Below the pieces are notes generated by a model. That model did no database searches and was not told the DNA's origin. It saw only the letters and a program-made list of their open reading frames with translations. The position numbers and the translations under genes are program-made. 64,000 nt of DNA from Mustelus asterias (taxonomy: Eukaryota). This document shows, one piece after another, positions 50,700-62,287 of this stretch (position 1 is its first letter; each line of letters opens with the position of its first letter). The stretch is from the NCBI RefSeq assembly GCF_964213995.1, contig NW_027590192.1, forward strand, positions 1 through 64,000, given 5' to 3'.

Positions 50700-51592
50700 A
50701 CTGAAGGGAAAGGAAGTGAATCCAGTCTGTACATTCCACACATTGTTAGTCCAGTCAGATAGACATATATCTGTCTGGCAGCCTGCATGGAGATTCTGAG
50801 CTCTCTATGTCCAAGACAGGAAGCAGTGAGCATGGATCTGTCAATCAGCCTCAATCAGCACCTTCAGGAGAATTGGGAGGGTGAATATTAGATACAGCAG
50901 AGTGAGAATGGAGGGAGAGTGTGTGGGATGGAGATTCACAGATTTTGGGGAATGAGAGAGGAAAGAATGTTGACGAGAATCAGAGAATTCCTCCATCTTA
51001 TCAGCCATCCCTGAGCCATCATAATGAATCCCTCTTCTCAGTATACCCTTATCTCTGACTTGTCTGTGCTGCTGGCAGTCTCACAAAGCAGCTGCCTGTG
51101 TGCTGATACGAGAAGCCCTGCTCGGCAAGTTTAATGCTCCATGACTGTGTCTTTAAAGAATGTTCCATAGAAACTAGAATTGACTGATTTGAATTTTGAT
51201 CATGTACTGAATTGTGATGTTTTTCTTAAATTGAATTACAGGATATTAGATGAGGAGAAATCACAGACAGAAATCTAAAATGTCAGATCTGGATCTGACA
51301 GAGTGACTCGATTCCTTGGGACCTGAATATCATCAGGCTCTGAATCTAGAAGGAGAAATGTTTGCCCGGTCTATCAGCTTCAGAAGATTTTAAACATCAG
51401 TGTGACTGGAAATGCACTGAGACACACACAGCCGAGTGAGAGTGTTCCAGTGCACTGTGTGTGGAAAGAACTTTAACCAGTTACACAGCCTGAAAATACA
51501 TCGCAGCATTCACAGCGGGAGAGACTGTACCCGTGTTCTGTGTGAGATTTAACTGATTGTTTAACCTGGAGAGTCACAAGGACACCCGCACC

Positions 51593-52351
51593 ATGGAGAA
51601 ACGGTGGAAATGTGGAGACTGTGGGAAGAGATACAGATTCCCATCATATCTCGAAGCTCATCGGCGCATTCACACTGGAGAGAGGCCATTCACTTGCCCT
51701 TGGTGTGGGATGGGATTCAGTATTGTATCCACCCTGCAGAGACACGCACGAATTCACACTGGGCAGAGGCCGTTCACCTGCTCTCAGTGTGGGAAGGCAT
51801 TCGCTCATGCATCCACCCTACAGGCACACCAGCGAGTTCACACTGGGGAGAGGCCATTCACCTGCACTGTATGTGGGAAGGGATACACTCAATTATCCAG
51901 CCTGCAGTCACACCAGCGAGTTCACACTGGGGAGAGACCGTTCACCTGCTCTGTATGTGAGAAGGAGTTCACTCGGCTATCTAGCCTGCAGGTACATCAG
52001 CGAGTTCACACCGGGGTGAGGCCATTCACCTGCTCTCAATGTGGGAAGGGATTCAATGATTTATATGCCCTGCAAACACATCAGCGAGTTCACACTGGAG
52101 AGAAACCATTCACCTGCTCTCAGTGTGGGAAGGGATTCACTCAGTTATGCAACCTGCATACACACCAGCGAGTTCATACTGGGGAGAGACCATTCTGCTG
52201 CACTCAATGTGGGAAGGAAAACAGAGATTCATCCACCCTGCGGACACACCAGCGAGTTCACACCGGGGAGAGGCCATTCACCTGCTCTGTGTGTGAGAAG
52301 GGATTCAGAGTTTCATCCAGCCTGCTGAGACACCAGCGAGTTCACAAGTGA
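51593..52351 (+). CDS. C2H2 zinc-finger protein, 9 fingers
   Basis: accATGG MEKRWKC; open to TGA 52349-52351; acceptor ttacag at ~51241. Confidence 0.9.
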   Translation: MEKRWKCGDCGKRYRFPSYLEAHRRIHTGERPFTCPWCGMGFSIVSTLQRHARIHTGQRPFTCSQCGKAFAHASTLQAHQRVHTGERPFTCTVCGKGYTQLSSLQSHQRVHTGERPFTCSVCEKEFTRLSSLQVHQRVHTGVRPFTCSQCGKGFNDLYALQTHQRVHTGEKPFTCSQCGKGFTQLCNLHTHQRVHTGERPFCCTQCGKENRDSSTLRTHQRVHTGERPFTCSVCEKGFRVSSSLLRHQRVHK

Positions 52352-52981
52352 TTACAGGGGTTGGATTCTGCTGTGACAATTCAGCTCTCAAATACGTCCA
52401 GGACTGCGTTTTGTTCATTCTCACAGATGGTCAACCGGTCGCACGATTTTGCCTCCAGTGGGCTGATGCTCTTTGATCCTTGCTGCTAAAACCCTGTTTT
52501 CAAATTTCACAAGGATCAGAGTGACAGGGTGTGAGGAAGTTCAGAGATATTTAGTCAGCATTTCTGTTTTAAACTCCCCCAGATCCTCATCCAATTTCCT
52601 TTGTAATTGTTTATTGTCTCCACTTCCTCCACCCTCGTAGGCAGCGAGTTCCAGGTCATTACCATTCGCTGCATCAAAATATTCTTCCTCACATCCCGCC
52701 CCCCCCCCCCCCCCCGCCCACCTACCTACATCTCTGACCCAAACCCTTAAATCTGTGTCCCCCTCATCCTTGTCCCATCAGCTAATGGGAACAGCTTTTC
52801 TTTGTCCACCTTATCTAAACCTGTCAGAATCTTGTCCACCTCTATCAAATCTCCCCTCAACCTCCTTTGCTCCAAGGGGAACAACACCAGCCTGACATCG
52901 ACAATAAAGAACCAACTAACAGAATATGTTAATACCTGAAATTAAATGGGAATGTTTAATTTCTGTTTTAAAGATTTGGAC

Positions 52982-53022
52982 TGTAAGAGTGAATTAATGG
53001 ATTTGGTGGTGGTGGTGGTGGT

Positions 53023-53055
<33 letters not shown>

Positions 53056-53509
53056 AGATTTAACGCTCTCACCCCCCACTCCTCATTAGAGTAAAATCAC
53101 AGGCTGGTCAATTGCTAATACCTCAAGGTGCTGACATCAGCATACTTGCCATCAAGGTTGTTTACTTTCTAGAAAAACGGACCATTTTCTCACAAACGTT
53201 TGAGTGAAGGTTTAAGAACAAACCTACGTAGGCAAGATTGGAATTTTACATGTTCTGTGTATTGAATAATTGTGTAACCTGTCTGTATCTGTGACTTGGA
53301 TTAGAGTTGTATTAGAATGCTGTCTCTGTGATTACTCTGTTAGAGAGCTGTGTCAGAGCTGTGACTTTGAGCTGTGAGAGCTGTGTCACAGGAGGGTGCT
53401 CTTCCAGAGCATTCTCTGGGGTTGTTCCCTCCAGGCGTGAATCATGAATAAACTATTGTAACATGTTCCTGGGTCTCCTGTGGTTAGTTGGAAGAAATAC
53501 ATCACAACA
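52982..53509 (+). mobile_element. solo LTR, 528 bp, 4-bp TSD GGAC
   Basis: TGT...ACA ends, GGAC at 52978-52981 and 53510-53513, AATAAA at ~53447, single GGAC at empty site ~27383. Confidence 0.85.
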
Positions 53510-55409
53510 GGACAATAAAGGAATTGGAATAACTCCCCTTGGATGTGGTTGAATGGAATATATCAATCTGATGTCCACCTGCATTCTAGTGAAAGTCTGG
53601 AATGTGTAGATGGGATGAATAAGTCGATCACTTTCTCTTGGTGATATTTACATCCTTGTCCATGAACTTTGATTTAACAAAATCCACATTTGAAAGCCCG
53701 GCCAGTACATGAAATATCAGCACCATAACAGGGGGAGATAAGAAAGACAGGCACATTTTGATAATTTCATTCGTGCATCTGAGAGTTAAGAATGTGTGAC
53801 ATGATTTTGGGATACCGGAGTGAGTGTGCAGATGTGATTTGTTACGTGTGAAAAATAACAAGCCTAAATTCATGGTGAGATGGAGTGAAGAGCGGGTCCC
53901 AAACACACACAGCTACTTGAGACACAGCAGGAGATGAAATGGTTAATGTGGCCAGGGGATTGAGACAACATTGGGACATCATCAAGGCACTGACACTCCA
54001 GAGAGAAACTGAGTTCAAAACAATCAGGATCCAATTAAACACAATACACATGGACAGAAAGTGAGGAAAATTACAGTAAAATGAATAATATTATAGATTG
54101 GGACAATTAAGGGCTTGGGGGAAATAATACTGAATAAGAACTGTCCACAACTTAGATAGTGGTAAAGAGAGAGCTGGAGAATCTTTTACATCCATGCTTG
54201 ATCTGTTGCTTGAAGCATCTGTCCTTATGGACTAGTAACCTAAAACTCACGGTGCTCCTTCAGGAGTAGGAAAAATCGATTAGATGTTACCCCAGGCGGG
54301 GCCAGAACAGAACTGGAAAATAACGGATTGAAATTGAGTGAGGGGTCAGAGAGAGAGTTCTCCCCCTCAGGGTGTGGACTGTAAGAATCCTGGGGGACAC
54401 TCTACTTTGGGTTTTCTTGCTAATTAGTGAATATTATATTAGATTCTATAACTGGTTATGCATTGATTTTGAATTTGATTGTTACACTTCTCCTGTTTTT
54501 ATTCCTGTTGTGATTACGCTCGGGGTAAGGATGGTTGACAGGTGACAGGATGGGAAATTGTGGTTTGGGTCATTGACCAAATGTTTTATTGATCCGAAAG
54601 GTGTAAAATGGGCCAAACTTCAGCAGAAATCCAGCAGAGCTGAGAACAGGCGACTTGCTGTGTGGGAGCAGGGAGATAAACAGCTCCCAGAGGACAGAGA
54701 AAACAGGAGAGCCTTGAATCCTGGATGACACCAGTGTGTCAAGGCCACCATGTTTTCACTGCTTGGCATGGGAATGCTGACTCCCTGTACCAGGGACGGA
54801 GCGTGGGAAGACAATTGGTTTTAGAGTTTGATGTGGCTTGGGCAGATACAGATGGTTCAGTGACAGGTTTTGTTATGTTAGCTGGACAATGATTGGGTTA
54901 AATCAGTCTCCATAGTCTTGGTGATGTAACAAAGTATAAGAAGGGATTCCCCGAGCACAGAGATTTGTCGAGGTTTTACATATTGCATTGACTGGTGCCG
55001 TGGCATCTGGGGCAGAGCAGGGAGCATTTCCGTGGAGATGCTGCTTCTACCCAGAGTGTAATGGTAATGCTGCTGCACTTTGATACGACTGCTCAGACAT
55101 TAGCCTGTGTCAGCTCTTATTGATACTGAATAAAATCTAACCACTGTCACCAATAAGGGTTATCACTGGGAATCATTTCAGAGTTTGGGAAAAGGGGAGA
55201 AAGGGTTAATTGACTCCCTGAACCTCATTTTCTAACATCGCTGTGTCAAAAATAAAATCCCACCTCCCCCTCTGGCTCCTTTGCCAATTACCTTAGAGGG
55301 ATTCACTTTCTGTTAAAGAGCCTGCCAACCCCTCTCACCCACTTTCCCTAAAGTGCATCAATCTCATCAGGAAAAGTCCAAAACAATCAAATATTTTTAC
55401 TGATAAAAG

Positions 55410-56091
55410 TTTATTAATGAAACAGAACATGGTTAAAACAAACAGAAAATGACTTGAGGATCAAAGACAACCAGAGTAAAGGGATGTTCACAATGTTCTG
55501 GACACAACTGGATTCTCTTCAGCTCCTCTGTCCCCTGTTCCTGTGACTCCCCGCTTTGGACACAGGGACACTGAACCCCGGGGGTCACTGAACCCTGGGG
55601 GTCACGTCACCATCAGCCCCAGTCACCCCCTCCCGAGCCCCAATTGGTTGGAGGCCCATTTCCCAGTCAGTCCTCCAGCAGCTTCCTGTCTCTCTATTAG
55701 TGCGACGCCCAGGGCAGTTTCCCAACTGGGGCGCAGGCCCCGTTATTCTCAGCTAAATTCAGCCCTCAGCTCCGTCGCCTGGCTGTCATTGACACGAGCA
55801 ATAGGGAGACAGAAAGGAGCCCCAGGCTCAAATGGAAAGTCGAAACTTGTGGCTCTAAACCTTCAACGTTTGTCAGTCAAATCCATCTTATTTATACTGG
55901 AGTCGTTACGATGAGATTAATTGAAGTGTTCGGCCAGTCAGCAAGCTCGAGAAGCACTGATTCCAGATTGTTCAATACTTCTACCTTGAATCACAAAAGC
56001 TTCTCACTTTATCCCCTTCCTGAACTGAATTCCATCATCCTGAGCAGCTGTGGGTGTCACCTCTCTGTGTAAACTCCTGCCCCTTTTTATA
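55410..56091 (-). pseudogene. second copy of the decayed TATA...AATAAA unit
   Basis: Homologous to 30295-30964; TATA 56084-56091, AATAAA 55410-55415. Confidence 0.35.
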
Positions 56092-56379
56092 AGGCTCTCT
56101 CATTCCTTATTGTGGGTCAATTCTTTAATGGTTGAGGATCGCTCTGTGATGCAGTGAGTGTTTATCCGGTCAATCAATGTTTCTGATGTCAGTCGGAATG
56201 TCCATCGTTACTTTTCACCTGTTTCTTACTCTGTGTTTTATAAAAATAAAGTTTATAAACTTTTACAGAATGGTCAGCTTTAAGGTTTCTGTAGTTTGTG
56301 ATGAGGTCATCCAAAGTTCAAACCTTTCTCTTTTCTCCTTCCTGTTTAACTAAGGGTTGTGGAATATTCCATTCAGGGG

Positions 56380-56760
56380 GAGGTGGTGGGAATGTCTCTG
56401 GCCGAGTAATGCAGAGACCCAGCAAAGGATCTGGGGACAGGCAGCTGGTGGGATTTGAATTCAGTGAATCAATCTGGAATTATATAAAGTTAGTCTCAGA
56501 AACGGTGACTATGAAACTATCGACTGTTGTAAAAACCCATCCAGTTCACCCTATTAACACCCCCTATCAGGGAAGGAAATCTGCCATCCTCACCCGGTCT
56601 GGCCTACAAGTGAATCCAGACCCACACAGCGATGTGGGTGACTCTTAACTGTCCCTCTGAAATGGCCGAGCAAGTCACTCCGTTCAGGGGCAATTAGGAG
56701 CTGAGCAACGTGTGTTGGGGCTTTGCCAGCAGTGTCCACATCCCAGGGAAGAATAAAGAA
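56380..56760 (+). mobile_element. SacSINE1-like SINE
   Basis: Complete paralogue of 31250-31570. Confidence 0.7.
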
Positions 56761-57389
56761 TATTCCACGGAAAGTGATGGGTGATTTGAAATGAATTGAA
56801 AGTAGGTCAGGAGGTGCTCATATCGCCCAGAGCTGCTTTTCAATGGATCCTCCTGTTTAAAATAAAAACACATCAGTGTGCCCCTTTCCCAGACACAGTT
56901 GACCTTGGAATATCACAATGCTGTTTTTAAACATTCCTATGTTAAAGAATCAGTCATTTAGAATTGTGAAACAGACAGAAATTAAATGTTCCATTTTTCC
57001 TGGGATCCTCCTGTGCCTGGCACCGGTGTCCTGAACAAGGTCATTAACATTCTCTGTGTTAAAGGTTCCTCCTGGTTCTTGCTGTCTGTTGTGTCCTTTG
57101 TCACAGTCGGTACCAGGACATTTCTATTGAAAGGTTGTTAAGAAATTCCAGTGAATTCCAGCCCCTTGTGTAACGTTCCATTTGGTGTGTGTCAGATTCA
57201 GAGATGTCCACGTGTGTGTGAAAAGGGTTCTGGGTAAGGGTTTTAACCCTTCTTTACCCGTTAGTAACAATGAGCCCTGTATTCAATTCTAAAGTATAAA
57301 GTCCTCATTAGATATCAATTCTACCTGTTATCTACATTTCACCAACCAGTCTATATTTTCATCACGGGACTGCAGTGGGAGCACCGTCA

Positions 57390-58700
57390 ACATCTTACTG
57401 ACTTGATCGATTTTATCGAGGAGGTGACGAAGGTGATCGATGAGGGTAGAGCAGTGGATGTTGTGTACATGGATTTTAGTAAGGCTTTCGACAAGGTCCC
57501 TCATGGTCGGCTCATCCAGAAGATTAAGATGCATGGGATTCACGGTGACTTGGCCGCTTGGATTCAGAATTGACTTGCCCATAGAAGTCAGAGAGTAGTG
57601 GTGAGGGTGTTTTTCAGACTGGAGGTCCATGACTAAAGAATATTCTTTATTCTTTCCTGGGATGTGGACACTGCTGGCAAAGCCCCAGCACACGTTGCTC
57701 AGCTCCTAATTGCCCTTGAACGGAGTGACTTGCTCGGCCATTTCAGAGGGACAGTTAAGTCAGACTAGCAGGGATCCGTACTGGGACCTGCGCTATTTGT
57801 GATATATATAAATGACTTGGATGAAAACGTGGATGGGTGGGTTGGTAAGCTTGCAGACGACACAAAACTAGATGGAGTTGTAGATAATGTCGAAGGTTGT
57901 CAAAGGATACAGTGGGATGTAGATCAGCTGCAGATATGAGCGGAGAAATGGCAGATGGATTTTAATCCGGGCAAGTGTGAGGTGCTGCACTTTGGGAGAT
58001 CAAATATTAAGGATAAGTATACAGTTAATGTACAGAGGGATCTTGGGGTTCAAGTCCATAGCTTCCTGAAATTGGCCACACAAATATTTAGTCGGTAAAG
58101 AAGGCATATGGCATACTTGCCTTTATTGAGTACAAGAGTCAGCATGCCATGTTGCAGCTCTATAAAACTTTGTTTGGGCTGCACTTAGAATATTGCGTTC
58201 AATTCTGGTCGCCACATTACAGAAAGGATGCAGAGGCTTTGATGAGGGTGCAGAAGAGGTTTTTCAGGATGCTGCCTGGATTGGAGGGTGTGAGCGACTG
58301 ACAAACGAGGGTTGTTTTCTCGATAGCGGCGGAGGGTGAGGGGAGACCTGATAGCAGTCTATAAAATAAGAGACATAGAATCTTTTCCTCAGAGTCGATA
58401 TGTCTAATACTAGGGGACATGCACTTAAGGTGAGATGGGCAAAGTTCAAAGGAGATGTGAGAGGTAAGTGTTTTTACAGCGAGAGTGGTAGGTGTCTGGA
58501 ATGCGCTGCCAGGGATGGTGGTGGAGGCAGATACGATAGGGGTGTTTAAGGGGGTTTTAAATAAGCACATGAATATGTGAGGAATAGAGGAATATGGACC
58601 AAGGGCAGGCAGAAAGGAATAGTTTAATTTGACATCATGTTCGACACAACATGGTGGGCTGAAGGGTCTGTTCCTGTGCTGTACTGTTCTACGTTCTATT
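57390..58700 (+). mobile_element. CR1 RT/3' fragment
   Basis: Paralogue of 37020-38243. Confidence 0.9.
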
Positions 58701-59163
58701 TGTGATCTCCATTTAGAAAAAGGAAATAGAGGCACTGGAGAAGGGGCAAGAAAGATTCACAAGAATAATCCCAGAACTGTCATCACTTGTGAACTCACTG
58801 GTGTTTCACCAAGTTTGCTGACTGAGTGAATCCCTTCCCAGTCAGAGCAGGTGACCAGCCTCTGCCTGGTGTGAACTCACTGGTGGGACATTAGTTCCTG
58901 AGAGCTTTTGAAGCCACGTCCACATTTAAAGGGTCTCTCCTGGGTGTGATGATGTTGTGTCTGGGCAGGCTGGATAACTGAGTAAATCCTTTCGCACACA
59001 CCAAGCAGGTGAATGGTTTCTCCCCGGTGTGAACTCACTGGTGTTTCAGCAGTGTTGATTATATTCTAAACCTCCTTGGACAGTGAGAGCAGCTGAACGG
59101 CCTCTCCCCGGTGTGAATGTGCTCGGGGATCATCAGTTCCTGAAAGCTTCTGAAGCCGGCCTC

Positions 59164-60537
59164 TCAGGCAGAGCATTTAAAGGGTCTCTCCTTGGAGTGA
59201 GTGGCTTTGTGTCTCAGCAAGCTGGATGAATGAGTGAATTGCTTCCCACACACAGAGCAGGTGAACGGCCTTTCCCCGGTGTGAACTCGCTGGTGTGTCT
59301 GCAGGTTGTATAATGTTCTAAATCTCTTTGTGCAGTGAGAGCAGCTGAACGGTCTCTCCTCAGTGTGAATGCGCTGGTGGGACACCAGATCCTGAGAGCG
59401 TTTGAATCCACTCCCACAGTCAGAGCATTTAAACGGTCTCTCATTGGTGTGAGTGGCTTTGTGTTTCTGCAGGCTGGATGACTGAGTGAATCCCTTCCCA
59501 CACACAGAGCAGGTGAATGGTCTCTCCCCAGTGTGAACTCGCTGATGTTCCCACAGGCTGGATGACCTTTTAAATCTCTTTGAGCAGTGAGAGCAGCTGA
59601 ACGGTCTCTCCTCAGTGTGAATGCGCTGGTGGGACACCAGATCCTGAGAGCTTTTGAATCCGCTCCCACAGTCAGAGCATTTAAATGGTCTCTCATTGGT
59701 GTGAGTGACTTTGTGTGTGTGCAGGTTTGATGAATGAGTGAATCCCTTCCCACACACTGAGCAGGTGAATGGTCTCTCCCCGGTGTGAACTCGCTGGTGT
59801 CTCCGCAGGTCAGATGAAGTTCTAAATTTCTTTGAGCAGTGAGAGCAGCTAAACGGTCTTTCCTCAGTGTGAATGCGCTGGTGGATCATCAGTTCCCCAG
59901 AGCTTTTGAAACCACTCCCACAGTCAGAGCATTTAAATGGTCTCTCATTGGTGTGAGTGAGATTGTGTTTCAGCAGGTGGGATAACTGAGTGAATCCCTT
60001 CCCACACACAGAGCAGGTGAATGGTCTCTCCCCAGTGTGAACTCCCTGGTGTGTTTGTAAATGGGATGACTGAGTGAATCCCTTCCCGCACACAGAGCAG
60101 GTGAATGGTCTCTCCCCAGTGTGAACTCGCTGGTGTATCTTCAGGTTGGATGAAGTTCTAAATTTCTTTGTGCAGTGAGAGCAGCTGAAGGGTCTCTCCT
60201 CAGTGTGAATGCGCTGGTGGGACACCAGTTCCCCAGAGCTTTTGAAGCCACTCCCACAGTCAGAGCATTTAAATGGTCTCTCAATGGTGTGAGTGAGATT
60301 GTGTTTCTGCAGGCTGGGTAACTGACTGAATCCCTTCCCACACACAGAGCAGGTGAATGGCCTCTCCCCAGTGTGATCTCGTTGGTGTCTCTGCAGATTA
60401 GGTAAGTCAGTGAATCCCTCCCCACACACAGAGCAGGTGAATGGCCTCTCCCCAGTGTGACTGCGTTGATGAATTTCCAGAAGAGATGGGAACATGAATC
60501 TCTTCCCACAGTCCCCACAGTTCCACGGTTTCTCCAT
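59164..60537 (-). CDS. C2H2 zinc-finger protein, 16 intact fingers; degenerate fingers continue to ~58782
   Basis: accATGG at 60535-60537; ORF ends FKCSA*; acceptor at ~60888; exon-1 donor 62288-62293. Confidence 0.9.
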   Translation of the reverse strand: MEKPWNCGDCGKRFMFPSLLEIHQRSHTGERPFTCSVCGEGFTDLPNLQRHQRDHTGERPFTCSVCGKGFSQLPSLQKHNLTHTIERPFKCSDCGSGFKSSGELVSHQRIHTEERPFSCSHCTKKFRTSSNLKIHQRVHTGERPFTCSVCGKGFTQSSHLQTHQGVHTGERPFTCSVCGKGFTQLSHLLKHNLTHTNERPFKCSDCGSGFKSSGELMIHQRIHTEERPFSCSHCSKKFRTSSDLRRHQRVHTGERPFTCSVCGKGFTHSSNLHTHKVTHTNERPFKCSDCGSGFKSSQDLVSHQRIHTEERPFSCSHCSKRFKRSSSLWEHQRVHTGERPFTCSVCGKGFTQSSSLQKHKATHTNERPFKCSDCGSGFKRSQDLVSHQRIHTEERPFSCSHCTKRFRTLYNLQTHQRVHTGERPFTCSVCGKQFTHSSSLLRHKATHSKERPFKCSA

Positions 60538-61844
60538 GGTGCGGGTGTCCTTGTGACTCTCCAGGTTAAACAATCAGTTAAATCTCACACAGAACACGGG
60601 TACAGTCTCTCCCCGCTGTGAATGCTGCGATGTATTTTCAGGCTGTGTAACTGGTTAAAGCTCTTTCCACACTCAGTGCACTGGAACACTCTCACTCGGG
60701 TGTGTGTATCTCAGTGCATTTCTAGTAAAAGTGATGTTTACAATCTTTTGAAGCCAAGAGGCCAAACAAATATTTCTCCTGCTAGATTCAAAGGCCGATG
60801 ATATTCAGGTCTCAAGAAGTCGAGTCACTCTGTCAGATCTCGATGTGATGTTGGAGATTTCTGTCTGATTTCTCCTTGTCTAATATCCTGTAAGTCAATT
60901 TAGAAAAAAAATCACAATTCAGAATACGATCAATATTCAAATCTACATTTCTAGTTTATGGAGCGTTCATTAAAGACACAGTCATGGAGCATTAAACTTG
61001 CCCAGCAGGGCCTCCCGTATCAGCACACAGGCAGCTGCTTTGTGAGACTGCCGGCAGTACAGACAAGTCAGAGATAAGGGTGTCCTCAGAAGTGGGATTC
61101 ATTGTGAAAGCTCAGGGACGGTTGATAAGATGCAGCAATTCTATGATTCTAATGAACGTTCTTTCCTCTCCCATTTCCCAAAAGACGTGAGCCTCCATCC
61201 CGCACACTCTCCCTCCATTCTCACTCTGCTGTATCTAATATTCACCCTCCCAATTCTCCTGAAGGTGCTGATTGAGGCTGATTGACAGATCCATGCTCAC
61301 TGCTTCCTGTCCAGCACAGAAATCAGAACAAATAGGCGCTGCAGTCAGCATTCGGCCCATCGAGTCTGCTCAACCATTCATTCAGATTATTGGTTGATCT
61401 ACCTCTGCATTATTTTCCCCACACTGTCCCCCATATCCATCGATATCGTCAATATCTAGAAACCTATCAATCCCTCTCTTGAAAATTCTTGATGACTGAG
61501 GCTCTATAGTCCTCTGCGGTAGAGAATCCAAAACATCACCACATCCTTGAGTGAAGAAATCCTTCCTCATCTGAGCTTTCTCTCCATTTTCCAGCCTGTT
61601 CCCAATAATTATTGACTCCCTTGTCATTCAAAAACTGTCTAACTCATCCTTGAATATATTCAATCCCTCCACTGGGAGAGAAATCTAGATACTAACAATT
61701 CTCTGAGGGAAGAGATTGTTGGAAATATATAATATAGCTGCAGTCCAAAATTACACAGCCAGATATAATAAGTGTATTTTATTACAGAGCTATAAATAAT
61801 ATATCTAATCTGTACCATATAACAACAGGGGAGCTGATCGACTC

Positions 61845-62050
61845 GTGGTATTATTGCTGGACTATTAATCCAGAAACTCAGCTAATGTTCTGGGGACCCA
61901 GGTTCGAATCCTGCCACAGCAGATGGTGGAATTTGAATTTAAAAACAAAATCTAGAATTAAGAATCTACTGATGACCATGAAACCATTGTCGATTGACCA
62001 AAAAAACCCATCTGGTTCATTAATGTGCTTTAGGGAAGGAAATCTGCCAT
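61845..62050 (+). mobile_element. SacSINE1-like SINE truncated by a ~535-bp deletion relative to block A
   Basis: ctgccatc|tcctggggaaacc joins the equivalents of ~40768 and ~41301. Confidence 0.75.
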
Positions 62051-62287
62051 CTCCTGGGGAAACCAGCCCTTTAATTGTGAACATTAGGATAGGGACATTT
62101 TTGCCAGACAAATCAATGTGTCAAGCTGAGGGAGAAAATGACTTTATGAGAGAGAGAGAGACCTGGGCCAACCTTTCCAGAGTCTGCAGCCTCCCTGGAT
62201 TCACTTCCTTTCCCTTCAGTTGCTGCAAATCCCCAATTTTCCCCAGAATGAGAAAAGAAATTGAATGGTGCAAAAAAAAACTGTTTT

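Noticed and set aside
52695-53055. Poly-C and poly-G tracts as a functional G4 or hairpin
   Set aside because: Absent from the paralogous block; homopolymer lengths unreliable
55820-55850. Galectin-like FPFEPG motif on the minus strand
   Set aside because: No galectin HFNPRF/WGxE motifs; likely chance
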